Shown here one piece after another: positions 21,525 to 34,084 of a stretch of 39,862 nt of DNA (the first letter of the stretch is position 1; each line of letters begins with the position of its first letter). Source of the stretch: Octopus bimaculoides. Taxonomy: Eukaryota. A program made the translations under genes and the position numbers. The stretch is from assembly GCF_001194135.2 (NCBI RefSeq), contig NC_068982.1, positions 43,774,458-43,814,319 on the forward strand. The letters are read 5' to 3'. Below the pieces are notes generated by a model. The model saw only the letters and a list, made by a program, of their open reading frames with translations, searched no databases and was not told the origin of the DNA.

Positions 21525-21588
21525 ACCGCAGAGGCCTCCTGCGACCGCAGAGGCCTCCTGCGACCGCAGAGGCCTCCTGCGACCGCAG
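21525..21588. repeat. Tandem 19-mer x3.4 (accgcagaggcctcctgcg)
   Basis: Identical units start at 21525, 21544 and 21563, with a partial unit at 21582; no spacers. Confidence 0.95.
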
Positions 21589-21967
21589 GGGTTGCAGGGT
21601 CTTAGCGATGGCTCTATATATATATTAAGTATTAAAATAAAGTGAAACCAAGTGATGAAATTGTGAATGCATTTATCTAATACGTATATTTCAGATAACT
21701 GCGCAATAGATAAAAACGGAATTTCCTCTCTTGTAAGAGATGAAATTAATTTTATATCTATTGCGTAGATATCTCTAGCATACGCATTAAATGCAGTGGT
21801 TTTACTTTATTGTTATACTTTATATGATCTGTTTCCTTACGTGTTAACCAATCCTAAATCCATTCACATAGATACTGTAATAAAAATTCGGGTGAGTTTT
21901 TCCTATTCGACTCGAGTCGGAAATTCTTGTAACGTGCATCGCTTCTACGCATAACACGAATTATATG

Positions 21968-22051
<84 letters not shown>

Positions 22052-22129
22052 GATTTAGCTTAGGGCATACTAGCAACCAGAGGATTGGGTTATTATAAAA
22101 AAGAAAAGCGTTCTATTTATTGAACAAGA

Positions 22130-22715
22130 AACATTGGACCAGCATCCACTACCCGTAGTGCTAAAGTAATGGTAATGATCCTGCAGAAACTTTATTGCTC
22201 CGTCTCCAGTGATCCTATTGAGATTAAGATTATTTCAATGAAGTTAATATCCAAATTATTACCGCCGACATAACTTTCACTGTCTCAAACATCATTGCAG
22301 CAGTAAGCAAAATCGAACATGACTCTGATAGATTTCCTGCTAATGTCTTAAAGGAATGCATTTACAAAATTGCATCCCTTCTAACCAACTTCTGGAGAAA
22401 ATCGCTAGACGCTAGTTACATACCCTAATATTTCTTATCCCTATCTGCCACACCAGTTTTCATAAAGAGAAACAGGGCTGATTGTAGTTAACTATCAGTA
22501 AATCTTACATCTCATATATTCAAAGTATTTGAAAAGGTGTTAAGATCAAGAGTAACTGGCTTTCTGGAGAGTAACCGTGCCCTGAATTCCAACCAGCATG
22601 GTTTTCGTTGTGACAGAGACTGCCGGACAGAGCTTCTGCATCACATTGATAACATACTACAAGTTTTGAGAGATGGTTCAAACACTGGCGTTATATATTT
22701 TGGCTTCAATCTTCG
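22130..22715 (+). mobile_element. CR1-like LINE reverse transcriptase N-terminal fragment
   Basis: DRFPANVLKEC...LTNFWRKSLDAS.IP...VNLTSHIFKVFEKVLRSRVTGFLESNRALNSNQHGFRCDRDCRTELLHHIDNILQVLRDGSNTGVIYFGF, with stops; truncated at a SINE-B. Confidence 0.85.
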
Positions 22716-22764
22716 GCAGTGTTGAAGTGAAATATGAATAAGACGAGATTCCAAAGTTCATTGT

Positions 22765-23033
22765 TTCTAAGTTCAAATTTCGCCGAGGTCGACTTCACCT
22801 TTCATCCTTTCGAGGTCAATAAAATAGATACCAGTTGAACACTGGGATCGATATAATCGACTATCCTCCTCCCCCAAATTGTGTTTAAGGCGGCGAGCTG
22901 GCAGAATCGTTAGCACGCCGGGTGAGATGCTTAGTGGTATTTCTTCTGCCGTTACGTTCTGAGTTCAAATTCCGCTGAAGTCGACTTTGCCTTTCATCCT
23001 TTCAGGGTCGATAAATTAAGTACCAGTTTCGCA
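22765..23033 (+). mobile_element. Two tandem SINE-B copies (22765-22880 partial; 22886-23033)
   Basis: aaggcggcgagctggcagaatcgttagcacgccggg...ctgagttcaaattccgctgaagtcgactttgcctttcatcc. Confidence 0.9.
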
Positions 23034-23621
23034 GAAACAATGCTACTTTCGTCAGAGTCAATTCTTATTATAAGCAAACAGAACACAGGAAAAGTGACAC
23101 ACACACACACACACACACACATAAATAGTCTTTCACATACACACACATTTTTAAAACTTGTATATATATATAAGAAATTTTTATTAAATATTAAAACTCG
23201 CGCAGTTTGTAATATTTCACCGTATCATTTTAGCAACACTTCAATACATCTAAGTTGCCCTCAACACTTATACAGCACTCACATGAAAATAAGCTTTCCT
23301 TGAAACTTACAGCTTTGAGTACGTTCATGTGCGGTGAGGGGATTTAAATTGCATCATTCTGAACGCATCCCTTTGCCGAAGAAGTACATATAAATTGAAT
23401 TGACGTCAATTAATTTGTTAATCTCTCACCTCTCTCTGATAAACTTTCACCCCCTTATTCTGTTCCTCGGTAACACGGAGTATCTCATTTGCGCTCTTCC
23501 TTCACTCTACGTCTTGCTGAGGCGGCTATCTTTTCTTCCAGTTTCCTTTCTTTATCTGCTACTTTTCTCATTCTCTTTCTCTTTCCTTACATCTGTCTTC
23601 TTTCGCGATTTTAAACACTCA

Positions 23622-23857
23622 CATCTTTTATGTATGTATGTATGTATGTATGTATGTATGTATGTATGTACGTACGTACACATATATTCATACACACACA
23701 CACATACACACACACGCACACACACACACATACACATATATATATATGTATGTATGTATGACTGTATACATATTTATAAGTACATGCATATAGAGAGATA
23801 GATAGAGAGATAAAGATATAAATAAAAGATAGTTATATAGATATATATAGAGATTTA

Positions 23858-23907
<50 letters not shown>

Positions 23908-24060
23908 TATATATGTATATTATGTATATATATATATATGTGTATATATATATGTGTATATATATATATTATATACATACAAATATATGTACACATAAGC
24001 ATATATATATATACATATACATGCATATATTCACACACACATATATATACATACACTTGT
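23622..24060. repeat. Compound (TATG)/(CA)/(TA) microsatellite region
   Basis: Read directly from sequence. Confidence 0.9.
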
Positions 24061-24585
24061 GCGTGTGTGTGTCTTGACGGTGGTAAAGCTACACAAGATA
24101 GGCAACTCGTGTTAAGTGAAGTATAAAGTGACGCAGGGCAACGGCCATTTTGGCAAACGAGCTAAATCCAGACATACGCACGCGCACACGCACATACACA
24201 ATCATACATACAGACGCATGCGCACACATACGAACACACACCCAAGCATGCATACACATATACACACACATACGTTCACATACAGACACGTACACGTACG
24301 TGTGGTCTATTTAGTATACTTATAGTACATGTGTACTTAATTCAATTTTTCATTGCAAGAACCCATTTTCTGGCATTTTCGGTCGCATAATTGTTTCATT
24401 TCACTCGTAAAATTTTATCATTAGCATATAAAATCCTTTTGATATTTTTGTCTCCAATTAATGATTTTTGCACGTAATTCACAGATAAGCACATAGACAC
24501 GGAGCATTTCTTTGCTTAATAACAATCTAAAGAGTATATCTCCTGTGTACAGTTAGATGTACGATTGCTGCTGTTACGCCTAGAT

Positions 24586-25223
24586 CAGTGGTCTTTCAAA
24601 GGTGGTTCATATAGCCCTTGGGGATCCATATAAGATTATGTGGATAGGCGCAGACGTGGGTGTGTGGTAAGAAGCTTGCTTTCCAACTACATGGTTCCGG
24701 GTTCAGTCCCACAACGTGACACCTTGGGCATGAGTCTTCTACTATAGCCTCGGGCCGACCAAAGCCTTATGAGTGGATTTGGTAAACGAAAACCGAAAGA
24801 ACTCCGTCGTATATATATATTTCAGTTTGTGTCTTAGTGTATGCGTTTGACCCCCACCATCGTTTGACAACTGATGTTGGTGTGTCTATGTTCCCGTGTT
24901 CCCGTAACTTAGCGGTTCGGCAAAAGAGACAGATAGAACAAGTACTAAGTACTAGACTTACAAAGAATAAGTCCTGGGATCGATTCCTTCGAGTAAAAAA
25001 AACCCTTTAAGGCGGTGCTCCAGCATGGCTACAGTCAAACGACAGAAACAAATAAAAGAATGACTAACAAAATATTTTTAACAGATTTCTTTGTATAATT
25101 CCTAATAATATTTAATTATAAAAGTGTAATAGGACGTTTTAAACATCGAATGGCTATGAGGCTCATCCGAATAAAATAGGAACCATAGGAGTTCTATAGG
25201 CAAGGAATTGTTGAGAACGGCTA
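24586..25223 (+). mobile_element. hAT-type MITE copy 1, interrupted by SINE-A
   Basis: Ends cagtggtctttcaaa... / ...gttgagaacggcta; degenerate 8-bp TSD gcctagat/gtctagag; homologous to 34597-34940. Confidence 0.75.
24646..25061 (+). mobile_element. SINE-A, full length, nested in hAT MITE
   Basis: ggcgcagacgtgggtgtgtggtaagaagcttgc...gggttcagtccc...accttgggcatgagtcttc...gcggtgctccagcatggctacagtc. Confidence 0.9.
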
Positions 25224-25243
25224 GTCTAGAGCTTCATTTAGAT

Positions 25244-25575
25244 CATGGGCCCTCAGCCATTTGTTATCTATGGACTCCTTTAATTACTATTTTATTCTGG
25301 TAGACCTCCATAGCCATTCGATGTTTAAAAACTAGCTTTTTAGAATGTTATTTATTAATGTTTTCATCCATTAATTTGTGTAGGTTGAAATATGTAAAAT
25401 GTTAGAGAAAGAAATTTAGATGCTTCTTGCAAGACATACCACGTCTAAAGCAACATTTTTTCAGGGGCCTTTAAAATACTATTGTGGATCCCTAATTTAC
25501 TATTTCATTATGTGGATCCCCAAAAATCTGATGTGGACCATCAGGGGCCATATGCATCCTGACTGAGAACCACTG
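25244..25575 (-). mobile_element. hAT-type MITE copy 2
   Basis: Ends catgggccctcagccattt / ctgagaaccactg; perfect 8-bp TSD ATTTAGAT at 25236-25243 and 25576-25583. Confidence 0.85.
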
Positions 25576-26111
25576 ATTTAGATTATCGTCATCCAGTCTA
25601 CTTCAAGCACAATGCTTAGATTAACTACTGTACTTAGTTGTATTACTGGTTATGATATACTGGGCAAATGTAGGGAAAATCATGATGAGTATCAGTTTAT
25701 GTCATTAGTACCCTACGTATGTTTCACCGTTGTGATTGTCTGAAAATACAGAATTGATCAAAACAGGTAGGACAAGAGGAGACACGTGGGACAGAAAGTT
25801 GATGAAGAAGCCACAGAATATGTGACGAAAAATCTTCGACAAATAAACTAAAAATAAAAATAATAAGGCTAAAACGGAGATTAAATAAACAGTACGTGTT
25901 GAATTGGCAAAAGATGATCATCTCTAAGTATAACAATATCTGATTCAACACACGATTTCACATCAAGAATTTTACCAAACATAAAGGTAAGAATAAAATT
26001 TGTCTTCTTATTTCATGTGCAGTTCATTTACAATCTGTGATTGTTTTGTTGCCGTACTCATTTGTTCTCTTCAAAGAAAACAACTTACTTTATTCGGAAA
26101 GTTTCGAATAG

Positions 26112-26625
26112 TATTAGGTTGTCCGGAAAGTTCGTGTCGATTTTTAAAGGAAAGAAAATGGTTAATAAATACTTGCCATTACATTTTTAATCAACCAAAT
26201 ATGAACCATTTTGTTGCACAATGCGTCTCTATCTTTCCTTTAACTTGAAAATACCCTCTTCCCAGAATTGAGGTGGTTTCATGGCAAAGAATTCATCAAG
26301 GTATCTCTTTACGTCATCCAAGGAATTGAAATTTTTACCATTAAGACTATTCTGCAGAGACCTGAATAAGTGGAAATCCGAAGGAGCAATATCTGGTGAA
26401 TATGGAGGATGAGGTCTTGCATTATCATGTTGGAAAACAACATCTTTCCTATTGGCCAATTCTGGACGTTTCTCTTGAATTGCTGCTTTTAACTCGTCCA
26501 GTTGTGTGTAGTATTTCTCAGAATTAATTATCTGGTTACTTGGGAGAAGCTCATAGTACAAAATTCCTTTCCAATCCCACCAGACACAAAGCAAGACTTT
26601 TTTAGGGTGAAGACCCGCTTTTGGG
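26112..26625 (-). mobile_element. Mariner transposase 3' fragment with one TIR
   Basis: LCVWWDWKGILYYELL...HDNARPH/PPYSPDIAPSDFHLFRSLQNSL; the segment normally between HDNARPH and HPPYSP is deleted at the PH repeat. TIR (TA)ttaggttgtccggaaagttcgtgtcgattt at 26112. Confidence 0.95.
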
Positions 26626-27503
26626 GTGACTAAAAAAAAAAAAAATCAGTTGAGTAATGTTCACAATGGTTGTGATATATGATGGTATTTTGTCTGAATA
26701 GTTATATGGTAAGTCCGTATTATTGATAATTAGATAATAAGCTAAGGTAGGTCATCGTAGGGAGAATCCAAAGCTGGATGAGAAGCTGCTGCTGTCTGAA
26801 ATAAATTATCTGTAATAATAAAGGCAAAATTCTGTCTGTTCGTCGGGGACCCCTGTATCTCAGTCCCCATTTGCTCTACATATATACATATTATACCTTT
26901 TTGGAATCCGGATAATCCCGGGATTGAAAATTTGCCCTGCATTTAGTTCTTGAACATCTGGCATTGGATTTAAAAGCATTTGGGTTGTGATTTCTAGCAG
27001 GTAAAGCTTGGCTGATTCACGCCATCTTAGTTGGCGTTTATCGGATGACGCCAGAGATCAAGGAGGAAATAAATGACGTTCGTTTTGTTAATTTTATGTC
27101 GAGATAAGAACTTTGGGACAAATTAGCCAACAATTGGCATTCAAATTAGGACTGGAACAATAGAACGATTGCATTACAGAATTAATTCTCATCCGTCCTT
27201 AACCTCTGATCAAACACCACCAGGGCACATAGTCATTATAGACAAATTTTATAACCATGCTATTTCCCTCAATTTAGTTTTGAGCCGCGGACCCAATTAT
27301 CCCTCCGCAGGAGCTAGCTTAAAAGTCCGCACGGAGTGCAGCTTTTAAGCTAATACTTTATAAAATGCAGTAAGCTTTGTTACATTTGTATGTGAAACAT
27401 AGAACACGCATAATGAATTAGAAGTTTTGTGCGTCTATCTGCTGTGTGTATNNNNNNNNNNATAGATAAATAGATAGATAAACTGACAAACCGACAAACA
27501 GAG

Positions 27504-27553
<50 letters not shown>

Positions 27554-27681
27554 TAATGTAAAGATATAGACACATGGCAGGAATACGTCAAAACAGTCTT
27601 ATCTCGCATCGCTATATTTACACCAAGAACTTACAAATATTTCAACTATTTCTTCAAAAATAACTTAGGCTGCATCAGCTG

Positions 27682-27743
<62 letters not shown>

Positions 27744-27904
27744 CACTATCCAACAACTCTTTCACTTTTTCTCTCACATACACAGATACATAAACGTAGA
27801 TAGAAACAAATATAGATAGGTTTGCATTATAATGTATATAAAAACCTACATGTATGTTTATACATGCTTGTATTATTACTAAATACAATCAGGAGAGTAG
27901 ATTC

Positions 27905-28352
27905 ACAAAATAGTGAGAGCGTCGAAGAAAATACCTTTCGGTATTAACTTACGGATCTTTACATCCTGAGTTCAAATCCAACGAAAATCAACTTTGTCTT
28001 TGAAACCTTCTGGAATCCATAAGATAAAATACCAGCCACATACTGAAGTCGATGAAATCCATTAACTCTTCCCAATGATTTCTTGTTTTGTACTTATGTT
28101 AGAAACAATGATTATGAAACAGAACCAGGACGGTGGAATTCGCCGAATCGATGGAGCATCGAAGAAATTACAATGCGTTATTTGGTAAATGCTTTTAATG
28201 TCCAAAGTTCAAATCCCACCGAGGTTGATTTGTCTTTCATTTTCTCAGGGCCGATAAAAGTACTAATAATGTATTGGGGTTGAGTACTAATAATGTATTG
28301 GGGTTAATCGACTGACACCCTCTTCCAAACTTTCTGACTTTGTTCCTATATT
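27905..28352 (+). mobile_element. Two old SINE-B-like copies; the second has a 24-nt internal tandem duplication (28259-28305)
   Basis: B-box-like ctgagttcaaatcc and aagttcaaatcccaccgaggttgatttgtctttc; agtactaataatgtattggggtt occurs twice. Confidence 0.65.
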
Positions 28353-28540
28353 GGTTACGGATTTTGGCAGAAGGCCACCAAGATCGGAGGAGGGAGTAGG
28401 TCGATTACAACGACCCCAGTTCTCAACTGGAACTTATTTTATCGACCCGGAAAGGATGAATGGCAAAGTCGACTCCGGCGGAATTTGAACTCAGAACGTA
28501 CGAAATTCCGCAAAGCATTTTGCCAGCTCGTCGCCTTTGG
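28353..28540 (-). mobile_element. SINE-B with 15-bp target site duplication
   Basis: ctttgttcctatatt at 28338-28352 and 28541-28555 flanks gtcgattacaacgaccccag...gccagctcgtcgcctt. Confidence 0.8.
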
Positions 28541-29904
28541 CTTTGTTCCTATATTATTAACACGGAAAGTACAGTGTATGCATACAGGTGTACAAGTCAC
28601 GCATGACTTAAAAATTGGCATATACTAATTGTACGGTATACGTAATAGAGGTAGTATTAAATTATGTTAGTCAGCTAGGTATCATGCTTAATGTATATAC
28701 ACTTGATTGGCCAGTTATTGCGGTATTAAACTGAGGTAAAATCTGTGGACGTTTTGTGTTAAAAACATAATACAAATATCGGAAGAAGACAAAATATCGC
28801 CCCAGCAGTAATAACGCCAGAAGCATTTTAACGGTTTTTTTTAACCTTTTCAGTAATGTGCGTTCGTAACCAGCCACATACCTGGAGAATTCGTCGCCTC
28901 CGATAGAGTAAGCAGTGAATAAAAAATTCACTGGTGTTGCGAATAGCCGTCCAAAAAGCCGAAATGCACCCGGCGTTCTTGCTGGCGGCTGCTGGTGCAT
29001 TTCGGCTCTTAGCACTTCCATAAGAGGTATTACTCAAGAATAAATACTACAATCAGTGGCCTGTTAATGGTGCATATATATTAAGTATGATACATAGACA
29101 GCCATTTTCATTTCAACCTACCTCAATTGCGTACATAGAATTTTTATTCACCCGGACGGCTATTTGCAACATCAGTGAATGTTTTATCTACGGCTTCCTA
29201 TATTGAAGGCGACAAATTCTTCTTCAGACATATGGCCGGCTGCCACGTATTGAGAAGACCGAAATGTATCTACCTTCTCACTAGTCGCTGCTGAGACTAA
29301 TTTTCGTCTCGTCCGATATCTATTGTTCTTTTAACAAAGTACGTGCATGATAGGTGTTATTCCAGGACGAATACTGCAGTAACTGACCAAGTAACGGTCT
29401 ATAAAAATTATTTGCTTGTATGTGTGTGTGTGTGGGGGGGGGGAGATTGTGTTAATTTCAAACGTATAGGGAATGACTTCAAACGGTACACTGGTCCGAG
29501 CCCAGATATCTAAAGAAACGAACCCGTGAAAATCAGACAAGAAAATCTCACCAAATGAATAGGTAAATCTATAAATAATTAAAGTTACACCTTTTTGAAT
29601 TATGAGCTTGCACCCCCTCTACTATCACATGGATCTGAAATCAATCTTGTTTCGATTCCGCCTTACAAAAATTTCGTGTTTTATAATAGTGCAACTGCAT
29701 GTTTTCAATGCTTTTATGCAAACATAATGATAATTGCATATGTATTCTAGCGTATGCATTTGTGCATGTACATACATATATAAAAACATGACCGCAGCCA
29801 CTTGGCTGAAACCCATAAATAAAATATATATATATATATGCATATATACATAAATACACGTATCTATGTACATATATATATGTACATATATGTATGCTTG
29901 TGTG

Positions 29905-30322
29905 TGTATAGATATATATAAATATAGATATCATGTATGTATGTATGTATAAGTTAAAAACATATAAATACACAAACAAACGGAAAACAGACACAGAAGG
30001 TCGCCAAATCCTCATTAGTTATTAGCCAAAAAGATCAACGCGGTTTTGCGCCTCCAAACGGTAATATTGATTCCCTCTGGTGGCACCGGCAACAAGAAGC
30101 CGCTGGGAAAGGGCGAACCAATGAATAAGAGACCAAACATGACAGAATGTGAGCAAACAATCAAGAAACAAACAAATGTGCAATACAGAAAGTGAACATA
30201 CAAACATGTAATAAATGTGATTCACGACGGGACCATTAGTGGACAGACGAGGGACAAAAGCGAAAACAAACAAGACGAAAGTGTATAAAATGTGCGTAGG
30301 CGCAAGCGTGGCTGTGTGGTAA
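29905..30322 (+). repeat. Local segmental duplication copy 1 (copy 2 at 32060-32443)
   Basis: Near-identical, e.g. acagacacagaaggtcgccaaatcctcattagttattagccaaaa...ccctctggtggcaccggc...gtgtataaaatgtgcgtagg. Confidence 0.95.
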
Positions 30323-30405
30323 GAGGTTTGCTTATAAATCGTATGGTTGCAGGTTCAGGTCCACTGCATGGCAATTTTGGCAAGTGCTTTCTACAATAGC
30401 TCCGT

Positions 30406-30445
<40 letters not shown>

Positions 30446-30675
30446 TGTGTGTATTGTGTGTGTGTGTATGTGTGTTTGTCTTCCATCACTGCTTGACAAC
30501 CGGTATTGTTTTGTTTAACTCCCCGTATAGTAGCGGCTCGACAAAAGATACCGATAGAATAAGTACCAGGCATAAGAAATAAATAAGTGCTGAGGTCGAG
30601 ATTCGTTCTTCTAAAATCGTCCAAGTCGATACCCCAGTATGGCCGCAGTCCAATGGCTAAAACATGTAAGAGATA
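30298..30675 (+). mobile_element. SINE-A with internal (TG)n
   Basis: aggcgcaagcgtggctgtgtggtaagagg...ggcaagtgctttctac...gcttgacaaccgg...ccagtatggccgcagtc. Confidence 0.85.
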
Positions 30676-30754
30676 AAAGTTCTATTTATTGGATAAGTGT
30701 GTGTGTGTGTACGTATCTATGTACGTACATATATGTGTGTATATATATATATGC

Positions 30755-30803
<49 letters not shown>

Positions 30804-31228
30804 CATATATATATATATATATTATAGAGTTGCAGACAGAGGTTGTCTTCCACAAAATTACTCAGAATTAATAACACATTGATGAACAGTCTCTCACACA
30901 CACACACATATATATATATATAGACACACATACGCACACACATACAAACATAGCCCCCCCACACACACACATAACCCCTCCTCCCTACGCGCACACATAC
31001 TCTATAGTCATGGTTACGTTTAGATTCCATTATGTCTACCTGTCTGTGACGTTGCAACAGGTAAGGTAAGCAAATATGCTAAGCAGTTGCATTGATATGC
31101 AGCCACTGCAACATGTTATTTTCAGAATTAATACGTGTTGCCCCAGTACTACACCGCCTTTCCTCCCTCTCCTCCTCCTCGTCCTCCTCTCGCAGCACCA
31201 CCTCCCCCTCACCCATTTCTAACATTCA

Positions 31229-31265
<37 letters not shown>

Positions 31266-31532
31266 GCTATTGCTACTACTACCAGAAAGAATTTTAAATT
31301 TTGGCGCAAGTCCACAAATTTTGCTCGAATGTGAGTGTCTGTTAGATGAACCCCGTCCCCTCCTAGACTCGCGGGAAGAGATGCAAGATGATGTTGACCT
31401 CGGCGGGATCTGAACTCGTCCTTCTATCACCAATTCTTCCATTCCACTCCTAGTACTTATTACTCTTTCTACTGCAAGCAGCTGCTGCTAGTGGTGTTGC
31501 TGCTACTTCTACTACCGCTACTGCAGTTGTTG

Positions 31533-31586
<54 letters not shown>

Positions 31587-31759
31587 TTCACTGAGGGAGT
31601 CTCTTTTTGCTCTCTTGACCCGCTAGATATAGTAACCGAAGTTTTCCTCTCATCATATCTTGCCACCTTAAAGAAAACTATAATCTTATGAGCCCGCGGG
31701 TTCATAAGAATGGAGCTTTACCTGGGTTCTATGACATCTAAGCGGCTGAGATATCACCA

Positions 31760-31950
31760 CCACCACTCACTTCCATGAACGAGACTCTGATCTATCGCAA
31801 AGTCTACTTCCCCGCTACTACTGAACGGGCTGGAGCAACGTGAAGCGAAAGGTTTTGCTCAAGAACTGAAAGCACCACTTGGTCCGAGAAAGTAACCACA
31901 GTCCTCATGATCACGAGCCCATACCCCTAAACCACTAGGTTGCATACCTT
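31760..31950 (-). mobile_element. Old tRNA/CORE-like SINE
   Basis: Minus strand: ctagtggtttagggg...gttcttgagcaaaacctttcgcttcacgttgctccagccc (CORE-like, cf. 10435-10495). Confidence 0.6.
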
Positions 31951-32059
31951 CGTAAAGAAAGCTATGTATTGTTGCATAGTGCACTCCTCGAAATACGGTC
32001 TCTGAAAATAAGACATATATGTATGTGCGTGTGCGTGCGTGTGTGTGTGTGTGTGTGTA

Positions 32060-32443
32060 TGTAGATATATATAAATATAGATATTATGTATGTATGTATG
32101 TTTGTATATATAAGTTAAAAAACATGTAACAAATACACAAACAAACGGAAAACAGACACAGAAGGTCGCCAAATCCTCATTAGTTATTAGCCAAAAGATC
32201 AATGCAGTTTTGCGCCTCCAAACGCTAATATTGTTTCCCTCTGGTGGCACCGGCAGCAAGAAGCCACTGGGAAAGGGCGAGCCAACGAGTAAGAGATCAA
32301 ACATGACAGAAAGTGAACATACAAACATGTAATAAACGTGATTCACGACGAGACCATTAGTGGACAGACGAGGGACATAAACGAAAACAAACAAGACGAA
32401 AGTGTATAAAATGTGCGTAGGCACAGGCGTGGCTGTGTGGTAA
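32060..32443 (+). repeat. Local segmental duplication copy 2
   Basis: Matches 29905-30322 but lacks 43 nt between two ACAGAA direct repeats. Confidence 0.95.
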
Positions 32444-32802
32444 ATGTTGGCCATAGGTGTAGCCGATCACTGTTGACCCGTGATAAATAACAATGAGTCG
32501 AGGAGGAAGTCTAACCCTATCCCTAACCTCAAGAGTTCTCAAACTGGGATCCACAAAGGTAGTACAGAGATTCGAGAGCTGAGAACAAAATTTGTTGAGG
32601 AAATACACCTTTCAAAAGCCTGAGGACCGTGGGAATATTCATTTGAATAATTGAGGGTCCTTGGGAACCGTTCATTTGTGTAGTTGTACGATCTGCTAAA
32701 AATAGAAACCAAATCTGCATCATGCCCTATTGTCTTAATAATAGGAAGGACACAGGTCATATAAACCTAGATACCCTATATCCGAATGCACAGAGCTCGA
32801 AT

Positions 32803-32848
<46 letters not shown>

Positions 32849-32968
32849 TGTTACAAATAGATAGATACTTGTTACAAGTAAAAGAATATCATTTTCACAG
32901 AGAAATTTACTTTCGTGTTAATCCAACACTGCTTGTCAAGCGATGGTGGGGCACAAACTGTTACAAAG

Positions 32969-33017
<49 letters not shown>

Positions 33018-33021
33018 TATA

Positions 33022-33272
33022 TTGGGATGGTGCATAATTATTGCGGCTTTTTTTCAACAAATTTTATTCAACAAAAACAATAACAACATGTAACAAAAAC
33101 ATCTTTAAATGATTATTCCGGAGCATATTCACCATCTACTTCAATTACTGCTTCCCATTTGCTTGGCAGACGATCAGACCGTCATTTGAAGATGTTTTTG
33201 TTAAATATTGTTATTGTTTTTGTTGAATAATATTTGTTGAAAAAATGGTACAATAATTATGCACCAACCCAA
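33022..33272. mobile_element. Mariner-derived MITE with ~90-bp inverted arms and TA TSD
   Basis: ttgggatggtgcataattattgcgg... / ...caataattatgcaccaacccaa, with TA on both sides. The core encodes (minus strand) RLPSKWEAVIEVDGEYAPE*, a mariner C-terminus. Confidence 0.9.
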
Positions 33273-33304
33273 TATATATATATATATATATATATACATA
33301 CATA

Positions 33305-33465
33305 TATACGACGGGCTTCTTTCAGTTTCCGTCTGCCAAATCCATTCGCAAGGCCTTGGTCGGCCCTAGGCTACAGTTGAAGGCACTTGCCCAAGATGCC
33401 AAGCAGTGAGACTGAACCTGGAACCATATAGTTGTCAAGCAACTTCTTACCACTCAGCCACACCC
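33305..33465 (-). mobile_element. SINE-A 5' half
   Basis: tatacgacgggcttctttcagtttccgtc...cacttgcccaagatgcc...ttcttaccactcagccac. Confidence 0.85.
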
Positions 33466-33667
33466 TGCACCTCTTAATATCTTGATAGTTAATATCTTCA
33501 AATTATCTCCCCTTTACTTTGAGGGGTGTTAACAATTACCGCTAGGTTTAAGTTTCTTTTATCCAACTGAAAGGCAAATTTTAATTTAAATTGTTTTGCG
33601 TTCATCATTTGCGTACATTACTTCTACGTTCCTAAGTACACATATACATAGAAACAAACGTAAGTGC

Positions 33668-33722
<55 letters not shown>

Positions 33723-33725
33723 TAA

Positions 33726-33762
<37 letters not shown>

Positions 33763-34084
33763 TATTGTAGCCGCATCTATGGTAGTAGTTAAAATCAATA
33801 TTATCTCTACTATCTCTGCTTATAACAATGCATTTCTATAATATGCATTTGCTACATGCAGTTAGATGAGCAGGTCAAAACAGTAAGATTAAAGTATTTC
33901 TTCACTGAGGAGGTCTAATAAGACTGAAACCTGCTCTGAATAGTTGCCCATATTTAATGAAATTCGATGAAATTGATATTAGTTATTTTGCTCATGCTTT
34001 CTTCTTCTCACCATATAAATCATATACAAATTACATTTTTCCCCATCCCTCTAAATATCGATTTTCTCCTCCCTTTATTCCTGA

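Noticed and set aside
21525-21588. Palindromic direct repeats as a CRISPR array
   Set aside because: No spacers, 19-nt contiguous units, eukaryotic context, no cas genes.
27315-27352. 11-bp hairpin tagcttaaaag/cttttaagcta as a Helitron 3' end or terminator
   Set aside because: No downstream CTRR terminus and no second copy in the window.
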